A DNA stretch of 64,000 bases from Lama guanicoe. Lineage: Eukaryota. Shown here piece by piece: positions 24,601-36,981 of this stretch. Location: assembly GCA_013239625.1 (NCBI GenBank), contig MU053431.1:186001-250000 (forward strand), read 5' to 3'. How positions within the stretch are numbered: the stretch's first letter is position 1; every line of letters starts with the position of its first letter. A model generated the notes under the pieces. That model was not told the origin of the DNA and searched no databases. It saw nothing but the letters and a program-made list of their open reading frames with translations. A program made the position numbers and the translations under genes.

Positions 24601-25079
24601 ATATATGTGTGCTCGTAAGGCTCGCGAGAGGCAGGGTGGGATGCAAATCTATCTGTGTGCCTGACTCGGAGTTTACACTTATGCTCGGTCCTTAGACTTT
24701 CAGGTCTTCTAAGCTTGCAAGTAGGCAGATTTGAGCCCGAGGCAAGGTCTTGACGTGCTGAGGTCTCTGGGCTGCCGAGCAGGACTGCCTGGGACCCAGC
24801 GAGCTCTCCCAGCCCCCGGAAAGCCCTGACCCTCCACGACTCCCCGCTGCCTTTGTTCCTCTGTGCCTTCTGATGGCAGAGACTCGTTCTGTAACCCCAG
24901 AGCACAGCACAGGAGAGATTTCAAACACCTTCATTCCTTAGTAACTGAGTCAGTCTTCACCTTTCTCCACACCTTTCTTTTCCTCTGATTCTCAGGATTA
25001 TGTGTATATCCCCAGGCTGCTCTGTTCTAAAGAGATGGAGCCATTTCCCAGGCCCCAGCTGCTTCTCTGTAGATCAAAG

Positions 25080-25254
25080 TAGGCTTTGTCACAACGTTGT
25101 TCGAGGACCACCTGCACCTGCATTACCTGGGATGCTTGCGGTACGTTCGGATGCCGGAGTGGTCCTCCAGACCCACTGGAATGACAGTACGGTGCAGGTG
25201 CATTGAACAGGCACTTCCTGGAGGAGTGCCAGGAGCCCTGCCTTGAGAAGCACG
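25080..25254. mobile_element. MER5-type hAT MITE, diverged
   Basis: ggaccacctgcacctgcattacctgggatgcttg...ccagacccactg...ttgagaagcacgg. Confidence 0.65.
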
Positions 25255-25559
25255 GGGAGCGGTCACTGAGCAGCGTAGTCCTGGGAGGACCTTTCTTGTC
25301 TGTAGGTGATACCTTGGTGACTGGGGGGATGGGGTCCAGGTGGGACTTGGTGCTTCTGAAGAAGCAAGGGTTTGGGAGGAGCTGTGAGGATCTGGCCTGT
25401 CGCGCGCTGTCTGTGGTGGGACTGGCTTGGTGGGGTGTCCCCCGCCTGCAGCGGGCGGCTCCCGTGGTGCCGGCCCTGCACCACGTCTGGGTGATGGCGC
25501 CCGCCAGTTCCCTGCTCCCACTCCTAGTCTGCGTGGTCTGGGTGGGGGCTCACTCCACC

Positions 25560-25897
25560 CCAGGCATGGAGAGCCCACCCGGCCCCAGCCCAGCCACTCT
25601 GTGGCTGCAGTCACTCGTTCAGTCAGGGACTTGTGCTGGGCCCTTGGGGAAGGCTCTTCTCCTTGCTGAATGGGAGCTGGTGGCGGTGAGCCCGGAGATG
25701 CCCCCTCGGGGAGCTGCCCCCTAACGACGTCAGAGGAGATGGGCAGGCACCTGACTGCAGAGTTGGAGGCTCTGGAGTTGGCCTTGTCCCAAGTCACCAA
25801 GTCACCAAGTCATGGGAGCCAATGATGTCCTTGTCTTTAATAAACCAGTTTGTGTTGGTTTTTGTCACTCAAGACCCAAAGGGTCCTGACTAACACA
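25560..25897 (+). mobile_element. Old MLT1 (J/K-type) LTR 3' part
   Basis: ends ccagtttgtgttggtttttgtcactcaagacccaaagggtcctgactaacaca; contains (ccaagtca)3 at 25789-25812. Confidence 0.6.
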
Positions 25898-28800
25898 TCT
25901 ACCTCTCACTCCCCAGTCTTGGTTTCACAAATCGCTTGTGAAGCCAGGCCTGGCGTGCTGAGCTGACGGTGGCGTTGGCAAGAGGTGACTGGCATTCCTG
26001 CAGGGTGTGATTCTAGTGACAGTTGGGCCAAGTGAGTCACACTGCCAAATGAGTCACCAGGGACAGTCACACACAGGTGGCTGGTTTGTCTCAGCAGATG
26101 GTGGCACCAGCTCCTCTGAGCCAAATCCCAGGCATAGGAGGGACCAGGTGGCCTGCCCCGTCTCCTGTTACTCCTGAGGGTGCGGATAACTCTGCCTGGA
26201 GACTCTTCGAGGTCCAGTCATGCTGGCCCTGGCTCCAGTGAGTGGCCGGCTGCCTCCTCCACGCACGTCCCCTGAGGTGAGATCAGGCAGGGAAGCTGCC
26301 TACCTGGGTTTTAATTTTCTCTTCCATTTTTAAGAAAGGAGCAAATCAAGAATGTTTCAAGGAATTCCAGTGGGTGAAGGATAAAGCAGGAAACTTTTTG
26401 TCTGAAGACAGAGCATTCTGTGTTCAGATGGTTTGGGGAAACCATGGTGTAAATAAAGGCGAGTGGACATTGTGCCGCAGGGGCGTGCAGGGTTTCTGAT
26501 ACGCACGAGCTCTCTGTCCGAGAGGCAGGTACGGTGGCAGCGGCTGCCAGGTTCATGTGCCACAGGACCCTTGTTTGGGGAGCGTTTCTTAGGATTGCAT
26601 GTTCTGCAGATTGCTCCTTGGAAGTGTTTTAAGGATAAAGATGCAGGAGGGTCTTCCCTCTGCCTCAGCGTGGCAGCTCCCGGGCAGGTGTGTAGGACTG
26701 GGGACGACCGGAAGGGAAGCACGCTGTCACCATCCACCTTACTTGTCTTAAGCTTCAGGAGGCTGAGGCCGGCCTGTCTGATCTGCCGTCCCATCCGCAC
26801 CACCTCCCGCGGGGCCTGACGCGTGCTTGGCCCCGTGCGTGTCGGGTGAGGGGTTGAGGGGACCGTGGCTGCGGCTGCACACGCTGAGCCTGGGGACCAG
26901 CTGAGGTGGGGGAGCAGGAGAGCTTTCTGCAGCCTTTGGGAGACTTTGAGGTGAAGGGAAGGGCTGTTTGTACTCCTGGGGGCTCCAGAAGCCAAAACTG
27001 GGGTCCAGCTCAGCATGAAAGAGGCTTTTTGAGGAGCTGGCAGCAGCTGAACGTAGGACAGGCTGCGTCCTGCAGTGGGAACACGCGCCTGCTGCTGTAG
27101 AGGGGTTTCCGTCTCAGGCTTGGGCTGGCCCCGCTGGTTCCGGACGTAAGCGAGTCTGCAGTCGTGCTGAAACCACACGTGTTCTTCGTCTGTGACTTCT
27201 TAATCTGGGATTAAGCTCCTTCCAGGAGCTGCTGGCGCTGGACTCCGTGTTTGCTGACTGACTTCAAATATTTGAGGGTATTGGTAATGTTTATTATTTG
27301 CCCCAAGAAGCCCCAAATCTGTACTACTGAGTACAGTTTGGTTTTCTTTCAAAAATCCAACATACAGAACAATGAAAGGACAGAGCAGAGGCCTTGGGAG
27401 GGACGTGTGTCTCCGTGAGCATTTGTATGGTGACGGCCTTCTTGGCAGCGCCGCGTCTCAGGTCGGGCTGCCCAGCGGTGCGCCCCGGGGAGGGGCACCG
27501 TGCAGGCTCTCTGGCAGGAGAACGCTTCACCCCGATCCTCGGGGAGGCCGGCGAGAGCGAGGACGGGGGGCCAGGAAGGGAGGACGGGGTGCAGCTCCGG
27601 CAGCTCCGCCTGATCCCGCCGGGGGGGCTCTGAGCTGCCCTCTGCTTCTCTCTCTCATGCGGTCTGAAGGTCGAGAACTCTCTGCAGACTTGCGCCTGCT
27701 TCTCCTTGTTTCGGTGGTTTCTCTTCAAGGTCCCACCAACCCATCGTGTTCCTCAGGGTCTGCTGACTTAGTCCATTTAGTTCCACCAACTCTGAAGCGT
27801 TCCCTCCTCTGATGAATTAATCCCCATTTTGATAAACATTTCCCTTCTGGCCAAAACGTTGTTTGTGTTTCTCTGTGTAACCTCTTTAGTCTGTGACCGC
27901 CTCTGAGGTAACATGCTGTCCCGTGTTGGGGGTGCGTCCTCCTCCTTCCGGGAGCCCCCGCGGTGGAAGCCTCCCCACCCCCAGCCCTCCATGTCCGCTG
28001 TAACTCCCTGTGCCGACACTGGTAGAGCCCACTGAGTCCCCCACTGTGTTGGGGGCCTGGGAGAGCTGACAGGACATACAGAGAAGTGACCTTGTGTCCT
28101 TGTGTGCGGGCTGACCAGTCCCCGGTCACGTGCCTTCGGGAGGGGAGGTTGTGTGACAGCTTATCCCCCAACTCTGCGATCTTCCCCCTCTTCTCAGAGG
28201 CCGCCTCCCCAGAGCCTTTCCCAGGCCTGGAGGACGTGCCTTCCTCTGCCTGTGAGTGGCCTTCCCTGTTCGTAGGGCTCACTGAATGTTTGGCCAAGCC
28301 AAGTCCTTGCCCTTCCGCTCACTGGTACCATTCACAGCGACTTTTGAGCGCTTTGGGGATGAAGGTCTCACCCTAAACTTCTCAGTAAATCCCATCTGGC
28401 TGCTTAGATAGAAGGCGCCCAGTAAATGTGGCACTTAATTCGTGGGAGGATGCTCTACCGTAACATCTCCCAAAGGAGGGTCACCGTTACCGTACGGTGT
28501 TCACCTGTGGGGCCCATTCGGTGTTCAACAGCATAATTACTTCTCCTTGCTGGAGCAGCGCATCATGGCTAGGCAAGTCTAAACAGGAGTCTTCTTTTGA
28601 AAAAGTGTGAAAACAAGCCCTCTGCTGTTTGTGAAAGCTGTTTTCTAAGTCATAGTCTTCTCTGCAAACAGGTAGGCCTGGGAGCCCAAACAGGGTCCCT
28701 GTCAACCGGGTGACTAAGGAATAGAGGAAGGAGTCAGTTTTCCAGTGGAGGGCCGTGGGCCGATGGAACCCGTGTATCCTGGGACCCTACTGAGTAAATG

Positions 28801-29223
28801 AAGACTGAAGGATGGAGGGGGTGTCCTCGGAGCTGTGTCTTTCTAGCCCCTGTAGCCTCTGGGCCCTGGTCAGGCAAATGAAGTTGGAAACCATGCAGCC
28901 GGCAGCCTCTGCGCTGCTTTCATTGCCAGGTGACACCTCATACCCCAGGAATGGCACGAGGCCCTGGACAAGCCAGAAGGCTAAACTCCGACAGAAGCTC
29001 TGTAAGTTCCCAAATCACACAATTCCCATTTCATCAGTTTACTCCCCGTCAGCACTGTTCAGTTCCGCAGGAGGAGGGGGATGGGGTGGGGAACACCGGC
29101 AGCAGCTGTGGGCCGCCTCCCCTGCCTGTCCTGAGTGGTTCTTTAACATGGCAAGTAAGCCACATCCGCACTCCTTGGGGCCCCACGTTGTCTCCCAAAT
29201 CCTTAATTCTAGGTGGGAGAGAC

Positions 29224-29386
29224 CAGTGGTTCCCCAGGTGTGGTCCCCAGACCAGCAGTGTCACCTGGGAAGTCTGCTGGGGACGCGCGTGCTCAGCCCC
29301 CGCCCGAGCTCCTGAGCTAGGTCCCAGCAGCTGGGCTTCACCTGTCCCCAGCGATGCCGGCGCCTGCTGCCATTTGGGGCCCCTGG
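29224..29386. mobile_element. MER5A hAT MITE
   Basis: cagtggttccccaggtgtggtccccagaccagcag...tcacctgggaa. Confidence 0.82.
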
Positions 29387-29554
29387 GACACACGCTCCAC
29401 AGCACTCTCCTCCTTCAGCTGTGTGTGGGGAGCTCTGCGTGTCCTGGTTAGCCGGGCTCCCCTCAATGAGCTGAGACTCAGAAGACGGCGGATGCTATTG
29501 TGCAGATGGGGGGCCGTGCACATCTCTGCCTTGGGGACCTGCTGGCAGAGGAGG

Positions 29555-29800
29555 AGTGCACGGTGTGGTTCCCCGGCAGGGACCCCGGCAGGGCTTCAGG
29601 CTCCAGACCAGGCTCTGCTGCTCAGGCTGTATGACCTGGGGCACATCCCTTACCCTCTTTGAATCCCAGTGTCTTCTCTTGTAAAGTGACAATCTCTAAT
29701 GCTCACCTCCTGGAGACGGCGGAGGGTTAAATCAAATGAGTAAAGCCTTGAGACCTTTGCCCGGAAAAGACGAAGCTGCCGATGGTTGAGTTCCTATTAT
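29555..29800 (+). mobile_element. MIR SINE, near full length
   Basis: gctgtatgacctggggcacatcccttaccctctttgaatcccagtgtcttctcttgtaaagtg...gagggttaaatcaaatga. Confidence 0.85.
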
Positions 29801-30409
29801 CCATCTGTGCTGACTGTCAGCTCCCCTCCCTAACGTCAGTCCACCTCTGCCGCGCTCTCTTCCTCCACGGCAGCGCGTCAGAACAGGGCACATCCCCATC
29901 CTTTCTGCTCCCGGCAGGGATGCAATCCGATTTAGGGGACAGACACTCTGTTTAAACAAATGAGCAGCTGTTTTCCCACTGAGGAACCTGAAGGCTGGCA
30001 GAGCCAACATGGCGCCCTGGCACGACCCACTTTGTGAGGAGTGTCCACTGGTTCCCGCCATGGTCTCTGCTCCTGCCTCACTCGCGTCTCTGTAACCTTG
30101 TGATTGTGCAAACCCAGTGCTTCCGTGAGTGGGCTTTTCCACTATTAATAGGTTCTACTCTCTGTGTGTACACAAGGCAGATAACTAGATAGACAGGTAG
30201 GTAACACAAGAACAAAATAACCCATCACTGTACCACCCGCATCCTTTTGACGAGCCGGGGATGATCAGCAATGAGCATGAGCCTCTGTGTTTTGGCCCCA
30301 CCGGGAAGAGGACCTTCCCAGCACATGGGATCAGGCCAGTTGCCTCCCCAAACGTGCTTGGCCGGGTTTGGCCCAGATGTGCATCCCTCTCTAGGGGCCA
30401 AGAGCTCGC

Positions 30410-31010
30410 CGTGGGGAAGTGCCGAGCCAGGCCCTGGGGTGCAGAGTGTGCTACACGGCCCCTGCAGCCATGAGCTTCGCCCCTTAACTGCGAAGGTGGG
30501 AAGTTCATAGCTAAGTGCGTAAAGTGTAGGATTGCCTTTGTGTTCAGGTCCATAAAAGAGCTGTAGGGGCGCTGTGAGAGTGGGTGCAGGGAGACTGGCC
30601 TGGAGGTTCTGGGGGTCCCTGGAGGCCAGGAAGAGATGTTTGAGCTGATTTCTAAAGGATGGATAGGAATCAGCCAGTCATGGGTGGGGAGAAGGCATCT
30701 GGGGGAGAGGACTGTGGAAGTCCCCGGCACGCAGGGCTGGGAAGCGTCCTAAGAACCAGAAGACGACTGACTTGGCATTTGTCCCACTTGAGGCCGCCCA
30801 GAAGTGGAGCGTCTTCCAGTCACTGGGGAAACCGGCTGTGCGCCTCCTGGAGGGGTGGGGTGTTGTCTCCATGGGAGAGCTGGCAAGGCCAGGCCCTGGC
30901 TGGCTGTGGTCTGTGGTAGGGGGCAGGGAGACCCTGAGGCTGGGGTGTCAGCCAGCGCGATCCGGGGTTTAGAATTTATCTGGGTTAAGGTGGAGGCAAA
31001 GGCACAGCGC
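30410..31010 (-). mobile_element. L2 fragment
   Basis: ggaagagatgtttgagctgatttctaaaggatggataggaatcagccag. Confidence 0.7.
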
Positions 31011-32139
31011 CCGAGGACCAGCCGGGCCTCCCCGGGCTTCCTCCCCTTTCCTGAGCCAGACCCTGGCACACCCATCAGCCTGGGGGTCCCAGCAGCCTTG
31101 CAGGAAGTCCCCCTCTCCCTTATGACTCCAGGAGCCAGAGGGATTCCAGTGTCGGCAGCCCAGAGCCCTGTCCATCCCAGAGGACTGCGGGGAGGGGAGG
31201 GCTGGGCCAGCACCGAGGGAGACAGTGCTGGAGAGGTAAGTACGGCCGCCTCCCCACCACCCGGGGATTGCGGTCCCTAGAGGATTATACATCCAGGGGC
31301 ATCGGGCAGGCTTCGAATGCCATCGAAAAGTCCCCTTACTTCCTGGGGGAGAAAGGGTTTGAAAGATAGGACCAGAAAGAAGATTCTATTTTCTATTTCT
31401 TTTGAACATCTGGAACTCTGAAGAGTGTTAATTTTTAAGCTGCCACTCAGAATGATGAAAGAAACTGGTTATCCATTTAGAGGATGATTATCAAGTTGCA
31501 GCCTGCATGAAGTCAATTTTTAGAGCTCGCTGCTGACCCCCCGAAATGCAGAATTTATAATGACAGTTTAGGTAATGCTTCGAGTTCAGTGGTGTAGCAA
31601 TAAAGAAATCTAAGTGCAAAGTGTTTCTCCTTCCCGACTAAGTCCTTCTCTCAGCAAAATTTCACTTCAAGTGTCTTTTCATAATAAAATAATTCTGCAT
31701 TCCAGCTGAGATCTCCACGCACTCCCTCACTAGTCATGTGGCAAGAGCCTGTTTTTTCGCTGCTGGGCAGGGTTTGCTAATGGGCCCTTTATTGCTAAGT
31801 GTGTTGTCCCTTTGGGAAAAAAATAATTTTATCCCAGCGCATGTCTTGCCTCCAAGCCTACTGATCAGTGGTGTTATTATGCTTACAAGAGTCATTTGTA
31901 AGCTTTTCAAGTGATCTGCCAATGACTTTTTTTTTCAGGTAAAAGAGAAAAAAGCTTAAAGCAAAAAGTTGTATTTTAGGGGAGGGGGTGTGGGAAGCAT
32001 CATTGCAACCAAATTGATGTTTATCTTACAAGCGCAATGTATCATGAAATACCCTGCTTGCTACCTTTTTTTTACGTCTTCCAAAAGCAAGCCACAATTA
32101 AATAAGAAAGTGGAATCCGAGAGAAACTTAAGTACCCAT

Positions 32140-32315
32140 GATGCTCCTTGTTAGCTGTTAGAAAAATGGCTGGAAAATTCAGAGCCTTTATTTTCTCATC
32201 TGTGAAAAGGGAGCAGTGATGAACTTAGTCCCTAAGATGCTCGTGAAGGTTAAAGGACATGAGAAAGGACAAGAAGCACAGAGCGCCGTTCTGAATATGT
32301 GAGAAACACCCATCT
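32140..32315 (+). mobile_element. MIR SINE
   Basis: gagcctttattttctcatctgtgaaaaggg...gtgaaggttaaagga. Confidence 0.75.
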
Positions 32316-32585
32316 TCATGGGTCTCTGCTCTTGCTGTTTTTCCATCAGTGCAATTCTGCAGCTGCCTCAATATTCTGTGGGTCGTTGATGTTTGAGGCT
32401 GTCCCGTCTCACCTTTACTGTTGATCATAAGCCAGTGGGAGGCAGGGATAGTGTCTGCATCTTTCTCTTTTTCTCAAAACCTTGCAGAATCTGTTGAAAA
32501 ACAAACGGGTAAAATTTACGTGTTACATGCTCAGAATGAACACGCGTACTTTGAGGCACCTCTGCTGGTGATCCCCATGAGAAGG

Positions 32586-32604
32586 GTGTGTGTGTGTGTG
32601 TGTG
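32586..32604. repeat. (GT)n microsatellite
   Basis: read directly. Confidence 0.95.
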
Positions 32605-33238
32605 CGCCAGGGATGTTTTCCATGAACATTTTTGTAGGTGAATAAGCTGGTACCCAGGAGGCTGAATGTCCTGCATGGAGATGCCTCTTAAATGAGAGTC
32701 AAAACTTGGCTCTGAATCCACATGCCTCTTGAGCCCAGGCCCTCCGCCTGTCATCTTCCATGCCGTTCTTTGAGTCTCTCATGCTGTGAGAAGTTAATCC
32801 AGTTTTAGGACATAGGCTGGGATGTGGGACAGTCTAGAAATTGGTGGTTAGAATGTTCTTGAAGCTCCATCCCTGGAAGTCCCAAAGCCGTGGGCGTGAC
32901 CATCAGACAGGTCTGACCACAGAGTATGTTCAGGCTCAGCCAGTGTGGGCTGCTGGGGCCACTTCTACTGCTCCCAGAAAGGGGAGTGGCGGAGGACAGA
33001 GAGGATAAACAGGCATGAACTGCTCTGATTGTTGCAGGCAACCTGTGTCATCTCCCAAAAGCTGCACAAGGGTGTCCTGCCTACAGGAGAGGTGGTGTGG
33101 GTCCCCTGGCTCGACTCGTTTATGTTGGCTGTCACCAGGCGGAAGGGGAATTTGGGAGAAAACATTATCTTTTCACCAGTAGAACATAATATACTAGTAG
33201 CTTTTTCTTTTACAAAATCTTTTACTTAATACTTTTTT

Positions 33239-33692
33239 TTTTGATTAAAGCATAGTCAGTTTACAAAGTTGTGCTAACTTCCGGCATACAGCGTGGTGCT
33301 TCAGTTTTACACACACGCATATTCCTTCTCGTGGTCTTTTTCACTGTGGGGCATTACAGTGCTGAATGTCGCTCCCTGTGCAGTAGGACCCTGTTGTTTA
33401 TCTATTTTATATATAGTAGTTTGTATCTGCAAATCTCAGACTCCCAATTTATTCCTCTCCCACCCTCTCCCCTCGGTAACCAAAAGTTTGTTTTCTATGT
33501 CTGTAAGTCTGTTTCTGTTTTATAAATAAGTTCATTTGTGTCATTTTTTTAGATTCCACATATAAGTGATATCATCTGGTATTTTTCTTTCTCTTTCTGA
33601 TTTACTTCATTTAGCATGATAATGTTCAGGTCCATCCAACTTGGTACATATGGCATTATTTTATTCTTTTTATGGCTGAGTAGTATTCCATT

Positions 33693-33736
<44 letters not shown>

Positions 33737-33823
33737 CACCACTTTTTTTTATTGAGTCATAGTCAGTTTACAATGTTGGGTCACTTTCCACCACCACTTC
33801 TTTATCCATTATCTGTTGATGGA
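33239..33823 (-). mobile_element. 5'-truncated lineage-specific (camelid-type) L1 3' end
   Basis: poly-T then gattaaagcatagtcagtttaca...tagattccacatataagtgatatc...tatggctgagtagtattccattgtgtg; TSD tacttaatactttttt (33223-33238) / tagtcaatactttttt (33824-33839); (GT)n at 33701-33734. Confidence 0.92.
33749..33789 (-). mobile_element. Nested ~41-bp L1 3'-end insertion
   Basis: ttattgagtcatagtcagtttacaatgttgggtcactttcc flanked by accaccactt(t/c)ttt at 33735-33748 and 33790-33803. Confidence 0.85.
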
Positions 33824-34089
33824 TAGTCAATACTTTTTTGATGTTTTTCATTCTTAAGAGATTAGCAACTCAGGTAGAGTCAAATTTGCTCCCGACCAGA
33901 GTTTCCAATTATCTTGCATATCACTCTTATGCGCTACAGTTTGGAGGAGTTTCCCGGAGCAAGTATGGATGGTTCAAACTCATTCCGAATCAGTTGATTA
34001 TGAGGTTGGAGTAGGGGGCTCACCTTTCCACATGGAAAGCCTAGCAGTCTCTTTACTACTTCTGACGTGGTCCTTCTGATCTTCTAAAT

Positions 34090-34268
34090 CTGTGATTCTC
34101 AACTGGGGGTGATTCTTCCTCTTCAATTAGGGAACATTTGACAACACCTCAGGACATTTTTGGCTGTCATGACTAAGACCAAACATCCTACAGTGAGTGC
34201 ACAGGACAGCCCACAGCAAAGAATTACCTGGCCCCAAATGTCAACATTTCAAAGGTGGAAAAATCCCA
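34090..34268 (+). mobile_element. MER20 hAT MITE with internal deletion
   Basis: ctgtgattctcaactgggggtgatt...gacatttttggctgtcat...aaacatcctaca...tgcacaggacagcccacagcaaagaattacctggccccaaatgtcaa. Confidence 0.9.
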
Positions 34269-34339
34269 CTTTAATTTTAAAAACAGAAAGTCGAACATCA
34301 GACATAGAGCAATACATCAAAAAAAAAAAAAACCCGTCA

Positions 34340-34900
34340 GTTTTACTGTGCAAGTTAAATATGCAAACTGAAGCACTATCACAGCAACCTCTAGATTTAA
34401 TTAGCAATTTAAGAGAAGAAAAGTCAGGGGCAGTGGGACATGTTATGTGGCACCATGAAGACTCAGTCTGTGAAGCGTCTCTAGGACACGTGACAGGACA
34501 TTGTCAGAAAGTAAAACACTTCAGTTACCTATCCATTCATTGCAATGTGTGGACCTGAATTGTAAAAAATAAAATAGAATATATACGATGACTGGGATAT
34601 GAACACCAGTGGTGTGTTTTGTGGTGTTAGGAAATTACTATTTTTTAGTGCAAGACAGTAAGTACTGTGGTTAGACATGAAGACGCTTAGAGGAGCATTC
34701 TGATGTATCTGTAGACACAACAAGGTTTGAGTTCTCTCTCAGAATGACTTGAGGGAGAAGTGCTCGTGCGTCTGGATGAGAGGAGTTGGCGAGAGCCAGT
34801 GCTTGTTGATTTCTGTCCATAGATGCACGAGGCTCATCTTCCTTTTCTCTCTACTCCCATCTACATGTGGAGTTTTCCATACCACAATGTTTTTAAAGAC
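34340..34900 (+). mobile_element. L1MC4/5-like 3' fragment
   Basis: cctctagatttaattagcaattta...tgcaatgtgtggacct...ttaggaaattact. Confidence 0.6.
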
Positions 34901-35955
34901 ACACAGTGCCCCAAACTATAGACTTCCGCCTGCCAAATGCCTCCAGCTCAAGTCACGAGGTCTCATGCTGCGGGCACTTTGCGCACATCCCCTTTCAACA
35001 TCCCGCGAGACGGGTGACGGCCTCCCACAGGCTTGCACCGGGGGGCCCAAACTCAGAGTTTAAGCGGCTGCCTGTGGACCTGAGTGTGTTAGTGGTGGAG
35101 CAGGGATGCCGGGTCAGGCCCTTCTAATCCCCGGCTGTGGGGTTTTCTGCTGCATCACACGGGTGTCCACCTCCCTGTGGAAGGCAGGTGTTCCGTGTCG
35201 GGGAGGGAGTGGGCAGGCACCGCCCGGGCACCTGCTAATCAGCTCTCTCCCAAGTCTGCACGTGAGCGCTCCTTGTCGGTGGGGGTTTGGACGGCTGCGC
35301 CTCCAAGGATCCACAGCATAACGCCCGGTTCCCACCCTGGGAGCTGTAAAGGAATCCCAGATTAGACGTGTGAACAGTTTCCCCGCGGGGAAGGGCTGTT
35401 TTTAGCTGATTACAAATGGGAAAGGCTGGCAGCTGTTAATACTGATGGTTATTGCTTGAAAATGACTTCAAGGCACGACCGATCGCTTGTCTCTTAGAAT
35501 GAGGAATGGAACAGGCTCCTCTCTGGGAGTCTCAGCGAGTGTTTATAAGCCTGTCCCTGCAGAACAGGCAGGAAAAGTGAGCCAGACCTTTGGCACGATG
35601 ATGACTTGTTCAGTGTAAACAAAGGAATTGTCAGAATCTGCATTGGACTTCAGATTTGCCAAATTCGGTTTTTTTTAAATGCCTGGGGCTGCTGTTTTGT
35701 GTTTCGTTAAATAGGGTTACATTTGATGTTCTGACCAGTAAACTGAAGTGTGCTTCTTGGCATCGGGTTGAAAGTTAACAAGAGCTGGGACTGTTTTTTT
35801 CTCATGTGGCAAATAAGTAGCTTTGCACTTGGCTGGAAACATCTGGATGGTTTAGGCGCTGGCTGGTAACAGTGTTTGTGTGGCGGGTGGCAATGAGCTA
35901 TTTCCCTGTGAGAGGTGTGTGGGGACCCTGGCTGGGGACTGGGGTCTAGAAGTAC

Positions 35956-36265
35956 TGTGAGCAGACTCTAGGGCGACCTCTTAGAGTTCGTGGCCCTGTA
36001 ATCCCCTCTCCTTGAGTGTGGACGCGATTGGTGGCTTATTTTTACCCAAATGAATGTGGCGAAGGAGGTAGAATGCCATGCCTGTGGCTGCTTTACAAAA
36101 GATGCTAACATCGATCTTACTAAAGGAGACCCCGTCCCCTGCTGACTTCGTTAAAGCAAGTGACGGAGCTGCGGAACTCGGTCCTCAGGGTGGTCAAGCT
36201 GTCAGCAAGAAGCTGAGACCTCAGTCTGACAGCTGCGAGGGCCTCAATTCTGCCACCAGCCATGC
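35956..36265 (+). mobile_element. MLT1E/F-like LTR 5' part
   Basis: tgtgagcagactctagggcgacc...tgtaatcccctctccttgagtgtgg...cagcaagaagctgagacctcagtc. Confidence 0.8.
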
Positions 36266-36981
36266 CCCCCCCGTTTAACTACAATCAGTGCTTTTGGAGA
36301 CTTCTGATTGGCCCTTCGTCACAGTAAGCAGCGCAGTGAGGATTTCCACGTTCCCGCGTCCTCTAAGCCCCCAGTGCTCTCCTGGCTCACAGGCCCAGGC
36401 AGCCCGTCTTGGTTGTCAGTGCCTTTTCCAGACGACTGACTGCCGGCTCAGCCCTGAATCGGTTGCGTCCATCATGAACTGCGGAGGGTGAACGGCAGAA
36501 GAGTTGTGAGGTCCCTCAGAGGATCTGTTACCAACTCCAGCTCTTCCTCTCTTTCGATTCTATAACCCATGTGTATTTTTTAAAGAAGGAAAAAAATCAA
36601 CATGTTTTTCCCCAGTGTGGTATGAAGAGCCCCGGAACGGAATCAAAGCATCGTGACCAGGGAGGGGTCCTGCCTCCACGCCAGCTCAGAGCTCGTGAAG
36701 AAGCAGCTTCGGGGCTGTCACGGCTCCTTCCAGCGAAGCACAGAGCACGGCCCTCTAGGTCCCCGAGAAGGTGTCGCTTAACTCAGAGGTGAAAAGGCTG
36801 CTCCCCAAGAGTTGCAAGTGGATCGGATGCACTCTGTGTTCATCCACACAGTGTGCGCAGGTGACCTGAGAGGGGTGGGACGCTCCTCGTGGTGGCTGTC
36901 CTTACCTACAGGGGCTTGGGCATGAGGACCCTGCCAGTTGGCGGGCATCCTCTCCCGTTTGGTTCTGTTCACACCTCTCTG

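Noticed and set aside
25123..25800. 225-aa ORF, minus strand
   Set aside because: Runs across MER5 and MLT1 remnants; low-complexity Pro/Gly/Arg product.
23097..25812. Short direct repeats (25-bp x2, 13-bp x2, 8-bp x3) as a CRISPR-like array
   Set aside because: Too few copies, no regular repeat-spacer structure, no cas genes, and a mammalian context.
26357..27178. Longest ORF in the track (273 aa, minus strand)
   Set aside because: No recognisable domain and P/S/R/A-rich composition; long ORFs with overlapping opposite-strand ORFs are expected in GC-rich non-coding DNA.
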